A stretch of DNA of 64,000 nt from NCBI GenBank assembly GCA_965644315.1, contig CBFFRQ010000180.1, positions 48,612-112,611 on the forward strand, read 5' to 3'. The position numbers and the translations under genes are program-made. Below the pieces are notes generated by a model. That model was not told where the DNA came from. It made no database searches and saw only the letters and a list, made by a program, of their open reading frames with translations. This DNA comes from Caecitellus pseudoparvulus. Lineage: Eukaryota; Protista; Bigyra: Bicosoecida. How positions within the stretch are numbered: position 1 is the first letter of the stretch; every line of letters starts with the position of its first letter. Positions 20,020-32,916 of the stretch are shown here, in pieces.

Positions 20020-23000
20020 ATGCGGGGCGCAGCGGAGTGCGGGGAGCGCCCCACTGCCCTCGTAACACACGCTGTCATCGTTGGGGTTGACGGAGATGGA
20101 GTGCCCGTGGACGAAGATGGCGACATTGTGGAGGAGGAGGTCGCAGCTGAGGTGCTGCATGCCTTTCCCTTGGACGCGATTGGCACACCCTACGGCGAGG
20201 CACTCCCTTTGCCAGACTCAGTTGCGCTGTTTTGCTTGCCGGCAGGGGTGCAGCTGCGGCGCAAAGGCGAGGAAGGCACGGACAGGGTACACTTTTTCTC
20301 TTTCGTCCTCACCAACATGGACGGCTCCAGGTCCTTCGGGCACTGTGCTTCTTGGTATGAGCCGCTCCCGTCACACCCAGGTGCGTGGTGCTGTGCTGCA
20401 GGCCGCGGAGCCAGCCGATGAAGCAGGCCACCTCTCTTCTGCCTGCACAGATGTCCTGGTCCCGAAGGTCCTTTGCCTTATGTCTGCCGTCCCCTACTTC
20501 TCCCTCATCCGCTGCTTCCTGGTGTACGTGCGACTGCCCTTCCCCTTTGCAAGCACCCCCCCGTCGCCTTGCTGCTTCAACGCTCTCGCCGCCCCCCCTC
20601 CGGCACAGGCTGTTCTTGCGGCGGTACGGGTATGGCATCCACCCCGTGAACGAATTGCTGGCGCGGAGCGGGCTGCCAGCCCTGACTGCAGATGGCCTGC
20701 CGAGCCTGCAGGATTGCCCCGGGTCTGTGCCGGCTGACTCCTGGGCGTCGGCGCTGCGCAAGGGCAGTGTCGTGCAGGAACTCATGCTGACTACCTTCCT
20801 TATGTTCACTCGCGTGCCACCTCCGGGCCTCCGGGTGAACATGGACTTCGGTGGACACCACATTGACTTCTTCCGACCCCCGATGACGGCGGCATTGCCA
20901 ACGGTGGACTCGGACTGCTTCCGTCACTTGTTCAAGGCCCTGTCCACGGACAACATTCTGTTCATCACAGCTGCGCTGCTCCAAGAGCAGCGCGTGCTGC
21001 TGCACTCCACCAACATGGAGCGCCTGTGTGGTGTGAGCGAGGCGCTGACGGCGCTCCTGTACCCCCTCGTCTGGGCCCACGCCTTGGTCCCAGTGCTGCC
21101 GCTGCAAATGCTGCAGTTCCTGCAAGCTCCCTGCCCCTTCGTAATGGGCCTGCACACGGACTTTCTTGAGACGCAGGAGGGTATGGAGGCTCTCGTCACC
21201 TCCGTCATCGTGCACCTGGACGTGGACAAGGTGGTCACCCCCATGGACATTGAGCTGCCCGGTGGGCTGCAGGTGGACGTCCTGCCGGAGCTGCCCGCGC
21301 CCCTCCGCAAACAATTGCAGCACCAGCTGCAGGCGGTCATTCCGCCGCGGGACGCCATCTTGCCCGCTGCGCTGGCCTCGGAGGCAGCCCAGCGAGCGCA
21401 GCACTCCCCGCTGCGGGATGCTGCCCTGGACGAGGCGTCGACGCGCCACGCCGCTGCCGCCGCCGTCATGCCGACTGACGTCCCGTTCTTGACGTCTTTT
21501 GCCGCGTCCCTGCGCCTGCAGCACAAGCAGACCCCCCCTGCAGGGCCGTATCTGGCTGCAGCCCTCCCGCCGACTGCCCAAAGCGAGTGGGGAGACGCTA
21601 GGCCACCAGCGGGGGCATCTGCGCTGCCACCACTGTGCACCGCCTTCGACGAGCCGTGGGTGAGCCAGGCTCGAGCAGCGTTTGCCAGCAGCATGGCATC
21701 CTTGTTGGTGGGCTACCGCTCCTTCCTGGTCCTCACTGCAGAGCTGTCCCCAGAGCTTGTGGCGGCGCTGCCACCGCCGCTCATGGAGCCAGCTGGCACC
21801 TTTGCCTGGGTGCGCGGCCAGCAAAGCCACGTCGTGGCGGCGTCGCCCCGCAGCGGCTCCTTGACGGGACTCGCCCGCGACCAGCGCCAGGCCGAGCTGG
21901 TCGCCGCCACAGTCGCGGCTCGCTCCTCAGCGACAGCCCCGGCGACAGCGCCGGCACCCCCTGGGCCGTCGCTCATGGCCAAGGTGAAGAGCATGTTTGC
22001 ATGGGGTGGCAGCAGCAAGCAGGCGGGGGAGGCGCCCTCCACTCCACCCCGCGTGGACACTGCCAGCAGCACAGCCGGCACTGCGGGAGGCGGCAGCACC
22101 TCGTCCTTGTTTAGCTTGGATTCGCCCTCTGGGGCGCGGGGGGGCAGCGCCCCCGTTGCCAGCCCCTCGCCAACTGCCCACGCTGAGGCAGCCAGAGCAG
22201 CCACTGCTTCTTGGCTTCGCCAACGAGGCGGGCGTGTGTGGGATTTGGGCTGTGCCGAAGAGGAGGACACGGCAGGACAGCCTCGGGGAACTGCCGCATG
22301 GAGCAGGCTGGGAAGCCAGCACACACCCCCCGAAGACGATGATGGCGACTTGATGTTCATCGCTGCCCTGACTTCTGCTGACATCCCAGTTCGTGTGCTG
22401 GGCCAGGACCCCGCCGCGTTCTTGAGCAGTGCGCAGCAGGGCGCAGAGGCTGTCAGCCCAGGCGCTGGCGTCGTGACGTTCCGTGTGGAGTTTCGGCGCA
22501 AGGCATTCCTTGCCACGCGCCCTGCGTCCTGGGCGCCGTTCCTGGACACCATGCTCACGACACAGGCCATGTCGTCCTTCCTGGAAGACGCCGCCCTCAC
22601 AGGCCGGCTGGCCGAAGCGGCCCAAGTCGCGACGAACTGCGCTGCTATTGCTGGCGGCGTGGCTGTGTCCGTGCCCATCGAGGGCGCGTTCCCCACGGCC
22701 CACGTCGCGGCAGCCGTCGCCAGGCGCGTGCCCTTCCACCTTGCCCTGGCTGCGCCCCATGTGTCAGAGCAACACACAGCCCCCACAGACTCCGTGTCGC
22801 CGCGCCACCGCTTTGTGTCTTCTGAGTCTGCGCAAGAGCCTGACAGCGACGTCCCCTCTGTGCTGCTGCGGGGCTTCGGCAGTGCCCAGCGGGCCAGAAC
22901 CAGTGTGCCGCAGGGGGAGGCGCAGGCGCCCACCACATGCCCCACGGAGACGCCGCCACCCAAGGCACAAGGCCCTGCCCACACCTCCCACCCAGAGCCA

Positions 23001-23532
23001 GACCCACTGGAAGGTGCGAGAGCCTTCTCCGGAGTCTCAGGATCTGTGATCAGCGCGGGACAGGCTACATCTGCAGCTGCAGCCACCTCTTGGAGCACTC
23101 TGTGGGCGTGTTTGTCCGACACGGCGGTGGTGCAGGACACCGTTCTGCGTCATCTCCCCCCTCTGCCCCTGCCTCCCCAGCTCCAAGCCGCCTGGTGGGA
23201 ACAGCAGTTCGAAGCGGAGCGCAGGAAGGCTGCGGCATCCCCCCAAGCAAGCGGGCACGCCGCCTCGGCGGAGGAGGCCCGCGAAGCAGACGGCGCCGGC
23301 GCCGCAGCCATGCAGGAGGAGGCGGGGGAGGACAGCCTCCTGCAGCGCCAAGGCGACATGTTCTCTGCGCTCTCTGTGAACGACGAGGATGCAGCGGAGA
23401 TTCGCCTCTTCGACTGGCTGTGTGCCTTGCACTTGGTGCAGGCTGGCGCCGCGGCAGGCGTTTTACCACCATGGCCTGGCATGCACTCGGACCTGGCTGC
23501 GGGGGAAGCGGCCCCTGCACAGCCCCGGCAGG

Positions 23533-23569
<37 letters not shown>

Positions 23570-25973
23570 CAGTGCACATGGAGAATCAGCAGGTCCCCTC
23601 ACTGACGCCCCACGGCGCAGCGTCGGCTTCGCCCTGCCCGACCACAAGTCCGGTGGAGAGGGAGGAGACCTGTACTCCCGCCGACGCGGGGCATCTCTGA
23701 GTCGACGCGGGCCCGGTGGCGCGCCAGCCACGCCGTCAGGCGTGGACGGCATGTTCAGCAGCCCCTCGGGAGCAGCGGGGTCAGCTGCCCTCGCCAGGGC
23801 GCGCTCTGCCTCGCAGTCTGCGAGCAGGAATGCGCAGGGCGGCGGAGAGGACTCTCGCGCCGCTGACGGCTGCCAGGTGCCGCCTCTGTCCCCGGGAGAT
23901 GCCCTGCTCACCGCCAGCGGGCTGTTGTGCCGCACACCCGCGGTGCTGCGCAGCATGGAGGGCAAGGCAGGGGCGGAAAAGTCCTCGACAGCGCAGTCTC
24001 CGGCAGACAGCATGGCGTGCCTGCTGCTGTCAGGGCGGCAGGACTGTGACGTTCCTGGGGGAGGCGGCGCGCCACCTGCCATGGACCTGGACACGGCCGC
24101 CAGCCGGGTGCTGGACCTGGAGGAGGCGGCGGCGGACCTGCGGGAGCTGTGGGGCGATGCCATTGACAAACAACTCAAGGCAAGCGACGCCTTGCACGGC
24201 CCCAGTGCGCCTTGGGCACGCGGCGATGTGGACCAGGCTGGCCCCCGACTGCCCAGTCTGCGCCTGGGCATCCTCTCAGCCATGCAGGTGCTGTCATCCC
24301 TGCCGCCAGCGGAACAGACCCCCCAGCGCCATGGCAGGCAGGAATCCGACACGCAGCAGCAACCCCACAGCAGCCCGGACTCGACGGCCCCCGAGCAGGT
24401 GCAGCCACCAGGCCCGGCTCGGGGGCCAGGTGCCAGCCCCGCCCACAAGGCTCTGCACCGCGCCAGCATGTCCTGGACGCGGCAGCCACAGGCAGGCCAG
24501 GCAGGGCTCCTGCCCGCGGCAGACACGTCCACAGGTGTGGCGGGGGAGCAGGCGTCCACGCCCGTCTCTGCCCGCTCGAGCGTGGTGTCCGGCACGTCCC
24601 AGGCAGGCGGGGACGTGGCGGGGCTGAGCTCCCAGCGCCGGCGCCGCATGCGACGCGCGTCAGTGGCTCTGGAGCTGGATGCCACGCAGGGCAAGCTGAC
24701 GGTGTCACAGCCCCTGTCCCGCAAGCCGAGCGTGCGCTTCGCCGCCCTGGACGAGGAGCAGGGGGAGGATGGTGGCGACGGCGGCGATGGCGGCGAGGCT
24801 GCCATCCCCCCCCCCACGGCTCAGCCTGGGGTGCCGCTAGGAGGCGCCGCCCTTGCGCGTGCAGCGACGTCTGGCCCAGTGTTGGATGCCGCCTCCAGTC
24901 CCCGCTACGCCACCATGCCAGCTCGCCCCCGGCGCAGCACCATGGGCCGCGCGCGATACCGGCGCATGGGGTCCATCGCAGTCACTGGCCTGGCGGCAGA
25001 GCACTTCGAGGCGGGAGGGGCGGTGGGCATCTTCACGCCACGCTCCCGGGGCGCGACGGAGGACTACGACGCAATCTCGCCAGATGTAGCAGCGGCTGTC
25101 GCTGCTCGGGCAGCCAGCCTCACAAGGGGTGCGGCCAGGGGCAGCCTGTTCCGCACTCAAAGCGAAGGCGGGGGCTTGCTGGCTCCCACCCCCAGCACGG
25201 ACGAGCCGCGCAGGTCCACGTCCCTCTCTCACAATATCCATGACGTGGCAGCACTCTCTGCATCAGAATCGGACAGCGACTCCGCCTCTGCAACACAGCA
25301 TGGGCGAGGCGGCAGTGGCCCTCCGCCCCGGCCGCCCCCCGTGCAAGTGGCCCCACCGGATGGACGCAGTGGATCCACGCCGCCTCCCCGAGGACCCCGC
25401 CCCCCCCCTCGGGAGCATGCCTCTCCCTCAGCCACACTGCCAGCGAGGCTGTCAGAACGCAGCCACTCGCGCCGGTCCAGCCTGTCTGTGCGATCCCACC
25501 TAGCCCTCATGGCAGCCCACGCACCATCAGGGGCAGCTTCCGTCTCTTCCAGTGCCTCTGTCACCTCAGACATCAGCGGCAGCACCTTGGATGCAGTGCT
25601 GGCGGCGGAGTCTGCGCGGGTGGCGCGAGAGCACACAAGCAGCGGTGCCCCTGCCGCTGCGCCACCCGCGCCGGCTGAGGCGCCAGTCTCCGAGGCTGCG
25701 CAGGAAGCGACGCTGATGGTGAAGAACCTGGACACGGGGGAGTTGCGGCAGGTGGGGGAGGTGCTGGAGCCTGTGCAAGAGGCCCTCGCCACCCTGCGCT
25801 CACCTGAGCGACAGGCAGAGCCTGGCAGCAGCCCCTCCTGGTGGGGGCGCATGAAGTCCAAGGTGGCGAACCTGACGGCATCCCCGCGAGGTGCTGGCGG
25901 TGAGGGCGAGGGTGGCGCCGAGCCGCCGGCGCCGAGCACGCCTGCCGCAGCTGCGGCTGCGTCGCAGCTCTGA
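20020..25973 (+). CDS. DENN-domain protein (Rab GEF) with long low-complexity extensions, 2 introns
   Basis: uDENN VALFCLPAG...FSFVLTNMDGSRSFGHC; cDENN LFKALSTDNIL...ALLQEQRVLLHS...LLYPLVWAH...PVLP...LQAPCPFVMG; dDENN LLVGYRSF...FLDTMLTTQAMSSFL. Confidence 0.9.
23534..23570 (+). repeat. (GACAGC)n microsatellite encoding poly-DS
   Basis: About 6 tandem copies inside the DENN CDS. Confidence 0.8.
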
Positions 25974-26167
25974 CCGGTGTCGTGGCGCGGCATAAAGTTG
26001 CGGCGCGTGGCAGGTGCAGTCTGCAACTGCGCGCAAATTCACGCGACTTGCTTCATGGTCGGCTTGCCCAGCATGCTCACCAGCTTGCCCTCTCCGTCAA
26101 GGGGTGCATTTGCCCCCTGTGGCTGCGCAGCGCTGAGGCGCACGTGGCACCTGAGCCGCCCAGCGCC

Positions 26168-28842
26168 ATGCCTCGGCGACGGGCTCGACGACGCGCACCA
26201 GCCACAGGGGAGGCCCCAGACCCCCCCACACCACCTCAACAGGAAGAAGGTGGCAATGAAGAAGCCACTGCTGAGGTGCCTTCCCGTGAGATTGGCCCCT
26301 GCAGGGCGTTGACTACGGCGCTGCACCGCGTGCAAACTCGCCACCTCAGACCAGCGGCAGCCAGACGATTCGAATGCGGGCGACACGAGGGGAAGGCGTC
26401 GGCGGGGTCGAATGCGAGCAGTTGCTGAAGCCAGTGCCTTTGCTCTTGCGCGAGGGGGTGCAGCAGCGGCCACAGGAGGTGGGCAGTTGCTTGGCTGTGC
26501 TGCGGAACTTGCTTCGCTCCACTGCTGTCCTTTTCCAACCCTCCGCTCCCACAGGAGGCAGCGGCATCGTGCCCCCCGGCCAGGAGGAAGTCGATGAAGA
26601 ACTGGTGCCTCCTGCAGTACTCGCAACCAACGCTCCAGATAGTTCTTGGCCAGGCAAGTACGCGACGACCGTGCATTTGCTGCGCAAACGCGCAGCGGCG
26701 AAGCGGCGCAGGGAGCAGGCCGACGATGCAACCGAGGTGGCGCCTGACGAACGGCAAGGCGGAGGGCCGTCTGATGCGTCCAGCTCAGAGTGTGATGACC
26801 TGAGTGAGGTGCACCTGCACGAGCAGGATGAGGACGGTGACGTACGCGCAGCGAAAGCACCTCGCCGCAGCCCAGACAACGCAGCAGAGCTCGGAGCTTC
26901 ACCCAGCCAGGCCACCACGGTGTTGGTCGCCGGTGGCGGTTCACGGCGCCACTGGCTGGTGCGATACGGGGTCCCGGAAGTGACCTGGCGACCGCAAGCC
27001 CCCCCGCCACAAGCCTCTCCATTTCAACAAGCCACACCGACATCACACCCCCACCTGGTGCAGCGGCGCGGCCGGGCCACGCTCACCTCAGGGGATGGCT
27101 TTGCCCTGGTGGAGGAGGTGCACGACGTGCCCCCTCTCTCAGCTCTCTGCTTGGCTGCACTCACGCGCAGCATTGAGCAAGTGGACCCCGAAGCAGTGGC
27201 GCTGCTGCCAGGCAGCCTCCGCCACACACTCGTGCACGCCACAGCAGCCGCCAGGCGGCTGCATAGTGGCACGAGCCACCTCTTTGTGCCCCTGCGGGCC
27301 ATGCGAGGGGCACCAGAGGGAGACGTGGAGCCAGGCGATGACCTTACCCTGCCCGATTGCTCCAGCGTTGACGATGTCACGTTGCGGGAGGCACTGTCTG
27401 TGTGCGCTGGTCACCTACACACGCTTTCCCTCGGCCACTGTGGGCGCTGCTTGTCAGACTACTCCGTGAAACTCCTCCTCGCCGAGGGTGCCTCCTCTCC
27501 GTTTGCCTCCCTGCGGCAGCTCAGTCTGCGCGGGCCGTACTCCTTGAGCGGAGACGGCCTCCGGGCCATCCTTGCAGATGCAACTTCTTTGACCTCCCTG
27601 CAAGTGACGGCAGCGCCTCTCATCGGGGCCGATGTCTTGCGCGACTTGCCCTCGCTAGCTCCCAAACTACAGGCGCTGTCGCTCTCGAATTGCCACAAAG
27701 CTGGGGACGTCAGCCTTGGCGTGCAATGGCAAGCCGGCGTGACAGGGGGCAGCTCCCCGTCAGACACTGCTGAGCAGGACACCCAGGTGCTGGAGTTGGA
27801 CGCCATGGTCGTGCCCTTCATGTTGAAGCATGGGAGGGGTCCAGCACCTCTCCCGCCAGGAAGGACTCTGCCCTCTCAATGTCCGACAAGTGGCCTGCTC
27901 GGCCTGCCGAACTTGCACCACTTGCATTTGGAGGGGTTGCCTGCGGTTTCTGACGCCCTCTTCGACTGCATCGCGGCAGCTGCTGCGGAGGGCAAGCTCC
28001 AGCTGAAGTCCCTGGTGCTGCGTCAGCTGGAGAACGTGACAGACCACGCCTTGCACGTGCTGGGGGGGCGCAGCGCGCCGCGACTGGGGTCCACCGCTCC
28101 AAAGCATGTCCCTGTGGAACCTCTGGCAGGCGGCCAAGGGTTGCCCCCCGCCCCTGTGCATTTGACAACGCTAGTGCTACATTCCATGCCCCATGTTTCT
28201 GACAAGGGCCTCCGAAGTGCGGCTCGGTGCCTGCGTGGGGATGCACTGCGGCTGGGCGTGCTGGAGTGCCCGCAAGTGAAGAAGGAGCCCAGCATCCTTC
28301 GCCTACTACGGGCGGCCACCAGTCCAAGTGCCCCCACTGTGCCGGAACCGAAAGACTCTGTGCAGCCGTCTGATGGCATCATGGACTTCGGGTTTGGTCA
28401 GGGGGGTGCCGAGGGTGGAGTGGCGCCTCATGACGAGTTGAGCGCAAGTGGCTTGCAGCGACTGCAGCTGTGCAGCCTGCCCTGCCTTTCTGACGCGTCC
28501 TTGGCTTTCCTTACGACGACAGGAGCCCCCTTATCACTGCGTCGCATTGATTTGTCTTGGTGCCGGGGCTGCACAGATGCTGGCGTGGGCATGTTGGCTG
28601 ACGCATGTCCACAGCTGGAGTCGCTGTCAGTGTGGGGGTGCACGCAGCTCACCGCTGAGTTGTTTGAGGGTCTGCAAGCTGAGAAGGTTCGAGGCGGGAT
28701 TCATGGCGATGGGATGATGCGGCTGGAGATTCGGGGGCGCCCTGGCAGCAAGCTGCCTGTGCCTGAGTTTGAACTCTCTGCCTGGGCCGGAGCCAGTCAC
28801 GGCTCAGAGTTGGAGGTGCACACCATGCCGGAGGTGTCGTGA
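26168..28842 (+). CDS. Rad7-like LRR protein (Elongin BC-box plus RNI-like LRRs), 1 intron
   Basis: WPGKYAT...LLRKR motif, BC-box-like VPPLSALCLAAL, LSLGHCGRCLSD, LRGPYSLS, and the C-terminal LRRIDLSWCR...LADACPQLESLSVWGCTQLT. Confidence 0.75.
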
Positions 28843-29006
28843 GAGGGCGAGGTGGGGCACCAGATGGACTCAATTTCAAACCAACACTCCACACATGGCA
28901 CCCGAAATCGAATCCTATCTCGTGCCGTGCTTTCCTGTGCAGCCCTTGTGGCGGCAAGATCCGGCCCCCGTTCAGGCACAAGTTCCGCACACACGCACCA
29001 TCTGCC

Positions 29007-30149
29007 ATGCTGAGCCGCACAGGTGCACAGCACGCCTTGCGCAGGCCGAAGTTCCAATCAAATCTGCTTCAGCCACACTTGCGACACGCTCCCTGGGCAA
29101 GTTTGGTGCGGCGCCCACAGTTGGACTCTTCCCAAGGAGCGCTCAGGCGCTGGTGCGCAGACGGGCCCGCGAAGTACGCCGACCAAAACAACACCTGGGT
29201 GGACCGCCACGTGCCCCCAGTGCTCGTGCCATACATGAAACTTGCGCGCATAGACCGCCCTATTGGTACATGGCTGTTGCTGTGGCCGTCTCTGTGGAGC
29301 ATCGGGCTTGCTGCGCCGTGTGGTGGGCTGCCAGACCTGAGCATGATGGCCCTCTTCGGGGTGGGCGCCTTCGTCATGCGGGGGGCTGGCTGCACCATCA
29401 ATGACATGTGGGATCGGAAGTTTGATCGGCGCGTGGCCAGGACCACCCAGCGGCCCCTCGCAGCTGGGACGGTGTCCATGCCTGCCGCTGTGGCTTTTCT
29501 TGGCGGCCAGCTCACAGCAGGCCTCTGCGTGCTGACGCAGTTGAACATGTACTCCATCGCACTGGGGGCTGCATCCCTTGTGCCCGTGGCCCTGTACCCT
29601 GCTGCTAAGCGCGTGACAGGGTGGCCCCAAGCCGTGCTGGGCGTCACTTTCAATTGGGGCGCCATGCTTGGGTGGGCGGCAGTGCATGGGAGCGTGTATT
29701 GGCCAGCCGTCGCGCCTCTGTACGCAGGCAGCGCCCTGTGGACCATCGTGTACGACACCATTTACGCCCACCAAGACAAAGAGGATGACGCCCAGCTTGG
29801 CCTCAAGTCCTCTGCTTTGACGCTGGGGGAGGAGAACTCACGCAGTGTCTTGACTGCGCTCACCCTTGCGTCTGGAGCATTATGGAGCGGCGCAGGGGTG
29901 GCGCTGCTGGGCACACCCTGGGCTGTTGGCGGTGCGTACTTCGGAGGCGTGGCGGCACTCACAGGCCACCTGCTCTGGCAAGTGCGCACTGCTGATTGGA
30001 GCGACCGAGAGAACTTGAACAACCGCTTCGTCTCGAACATGTACGCTGGAGCACTGCTCATGGCAGGCATCGTGCTGGGGAAGCTGATGGCCACTAGCCC
30101 TGCGGCTGGGGAAGCTGAGGATGACAGTGACTCTGCTGCAAACTCATGA
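29007..30149 (+). CDS. COQ2: 4-hydroxybenzoate polyprenyltransferase, mitochondrial
   Basis: PYMKLARIDRPIGTWLLLWP, MRGAGCTINDMWDRKFDRRVARTTQRPLA and YDTIYAHQDKEDD motifs; Arg-rich presequence. Confidence 0.95.
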   Translation: MLSRTGAQHALRRPKFQSNLLQPHLRHAPWASLVRRPQLDSSQGALRRWCADGPAKYADQNNTWVDRHVPPVLVPYMKLARIDRPIGTWLLLWPSLWSIGLAAPCGGLPDLSMMALFGVGAFVMRGAGCTINDMWDRKFDRRVARTTQRPLAAGTVSMPAAVAFLGGQLTAGLCVLTQLNMYSIALGAASLVPVALYPAAKRVTGWPQAVLGVTFNWGAMLGWAAVHGSVYWPAVAPLYAGSALWTIVYDTIYAHQDKEDDAQLGLKSSALTLGEENSRSVLTALTLASGALWSGAGVALLGTPWAVGGAYFGGVAALTGHLLWQVRTADWSDRENLNNRFVSNMYAGALLMAGIVLGKLMATSPAAGEAEDDSDSAANS

Positions 30150-30159
30150 CTCAGGCGCA

Positions 30160-32412
30160 TCAGCTGTCGTGCACCGCCTGCACCCATTCCTTCGAGGCGG
30201 CATCCAGCAGGATGCAGTTCAGCAGTTGCTCGCCATGCTCTGCTAGTGCGGCGGCAACGTCTGCCTGGGAGTGGCCATGCAAGTCACTCTCTGCCATGGC
30301 GACCACTGCTTCGTCCGCTTCGCACACAACCTCTGCGGCGTCGCCGACGCAGCCGCTGCGCAGCTTGACTGCAAGCAAGGCAGCCCTGAATACTGTCATG
30401 CCCACACCCTCTGCTGTGAGACGTGCATCGGTCAGCAAGCCTGCCCAAGCATCGTTGAGTGCGCCATGTAGCGCACACTGCTGACTAGGCGCCTCCCCAC
30501 CATCAAGGCGCTTGAATCCCAGCATGAACGCTGCACTCGGCGGCCAGGCCAGGGCGCACGACACAGCCCCTGTGAGAGCGAGGTTGCACGCAGAGGGATT
30601 TGTGCTCCACGCCCTCACTGCCCGTGTGAGCACACGTTGCACATGGGACCCAGCCTTCCCGAGAGTGACTGGCTGCACAGCTTCCAGCGCTGGTAGGGCA
30701 GGTGCAGCCTGCGCTTCACCGCTGGACTTGCCCCCTTCATCTTCACTGTCCTCCTCCGCCAGCAGCTCCCGCAGGAGGCGAGTCCGACGCACATCATCTT
30801 GTTCAGGCGGCTCAGCTTGCTGTGTGATTTCCCATAGCGTACCTTGGTGCCGAGCGGTCATGGCGCTGAGCTGCTCCCGCGCGTCTTTGCCAGGCAGGCT
30901 CACGAGCTGCGCCGGCAGCTTGGGTGCCGGCAGTGTCGATGCCAACACTGTGTGTGTTTGTGCGAGGATGGTCGTCAAGCACTGCGTGCCAAGGAGGCGG
31001 TGCGTCTCATCAGGTGCAAGGAGGGAGTCCACCACCACCCCCAGGCCCTCCTGCCGCACCAACTCAGTGAGGCAAGCTGCATGCAACCACGCTACTGACC
31101 CTCCATGCGAGCCACTGGCAGCCAGCTGGGTGAGAACAAGCTGGAGCAAGAAACACACCCATCCCCGCTCACTGCTCCCAATCAGGGCTGACAGAACGCA
31201 GCCCTGCAAGAAGTCAGCCCACACTGCACTGCGGAGCACGGCCGCAGCCTCGATCCAGCTTTCGTCCATGCGGTGCAGGTGGCAGAAAGCGAAGGACAGC
31301 GCCTTTGACAGCCGCAGTACAGCTGGGTGCTGCAAGCATCCCCCCACTGACAGATCGTCGACCGTCTGCAACATGGTTGCAGGGATGGCCGGCTGCATGG
31401 CCCCTTGCCACGCAGCAACGTTACTTGCCGTGATCGCCGCCACCAGTTGCTCAACGTTGCTGCGCCACCAGCAGTCCAAGGCCGGCAAGTGCACTAACGA
31501 CTCCAGGCACCGCAGTGAGATGCTGCTGCAAGTGTCGTCAAGGCAGCCAACTCCATGCAGAATGCCTTCAAGCCACAATGCGTCATCCCCGCCCGACTCA
31601 GCGCTGCCAGGGCTGACCTGCTTGGCAGCCTCCCGAATGCTGTCCAGCACCAGGGGCTGCACTGTTGCAAGTGACCACACCCAGTCCAGGAGCACGACCA
31701 AGCTGCGTCTTGTAGCCACGGCCCCTGCGTGCAGCGCTCGCTGCCTGGAGGCGGTGCTCGCAGCAGCTTCCTCGGCGGGCCGAGAGCTGTGCGCGGGCGC
31801 GGAGGCGGAATGCACCAGGTCTGCTACTCGCACAACCGTCTCTTTGTGCATCAATCCGGGGTGGCGAGAGTGCGACAAAACTTGGTGGACGCCCCACAGG
31901 GCCAAGGCGCGCATGCCACGCGGCGCATCGCTCTTGCCTGCGCTGCACCAGTGCCCCAGGATGCTGTTTTCAAGGACGAACGCCAACACAGAGCCGCCTT
32001 CATCTTGTTCAGAGGAAACCCCACTTTGGTTCTCTTCATTCTTGATTACTATGCGCACCATTTGTTGCAAGTGGCGCCTCAAAGGGTTTCCCCTGTCTGC
32101 AGCCCCCAGCTCAGCTGCCCTGCAGTCCACATCCGTCATTTGTTGGTCTGTGCTCAGAGGAAAAACAGAAAGTGAGGGGGACACCTGTCAGCCTCCCTGA
32201 CATAGCACGCTTACGGGAAAGGTGTTCCTGAAAGTCCTGCCCTGCGGAGCGGGGGCAGGGTGTCCCTGAGCTATGACTTGTGATAACGCGAGCGAAACGC
32301 TGGCGCACGCACAGTGCGCTTGGAAAGCGGCAAGGTCGGAGGTTGCCGCAGGCACACTGGCCCCGCTAGTAGTACTGCCCCATATGGACTTGAACAGAGC
32401 TGGCGCGTTCAT
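30160..32412 (-). CDS. FHIP/FAM160 (FTS-Hook-interacting protein)-like, 2 introns
   Basis: Spliced ...LAAFQAHWQDFQEHLS...HLQQMVRIVIKNE...VLAFVLENSILGHWCSAGKSDAPRGMR..., with C-terminal NLALTGAVSCALAWP and NCILLDAASKEW. Confidence 0.75.
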
Positions 32413-32652
32413 ACTTCAAAGAGCTGGACCGCAGTGGGCCGTGGCTCAATGCGGCCAGGTTCCGAGCAAAGTTTGCAGCCCAGCGAGGAAGCTGCAATGT
32501 GTCGCAAAGGTCAGCTATCGGGGGTGCCTGACACCGGATGTCTGTGATTTGCCTATCTTGACGTGATGACACACCGCTGTACCTTGGCACTCTCATATTT
32601 GTACTTGTACAAAGTGATATATACACAAAATGTTGTTTTCTGGGTACTTGAA

Positions 32653-32723
32653 ACGACCATGGTTTAGTGGTAAAATTTCCGCTTCCCAAGCGGGAACCCC
32701 GGGTTCGATTCCCGGTGGTCGTA
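32653..32723 (+). tRNA. tRNA-Gly(CCC)
   Basis: Acceptor ACGACCA/TGGTCGT, D-arm GTTTAGTGGTAAAAT, anticodon arm TCCGC-TTCCCAA-GCGGG, T-arm CCGGG-TTCGATT-CCCGG, followed by a T6 terminator. Confidence 0.93.
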
Positions 32724-32916
32724 GCCTTTTTTCCCCCTCCCCCTCAACGCGTGTTGCGCAGTAATATTTTATTTCATACATTTCCAATCGAAAGTTGGCG
32801 CAAATCTAGGGTATCCTCTGCGAAACAGAGGGCCCTGCACTCTTTGGTTAAGGGACTGCCTCGCAGTCGCGGAAGGTGCAGCGAATTCCGCAAAGGTCCA
32901 CACCGGGCACGGCCAA

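Noticed and set aside
20385-25973. Many long overlapping antisense ORFs across DENN, DMT, FHIP and other genes
   Set aside because: Expected in GC-rich coding DNA; they show no recognisable motifs.
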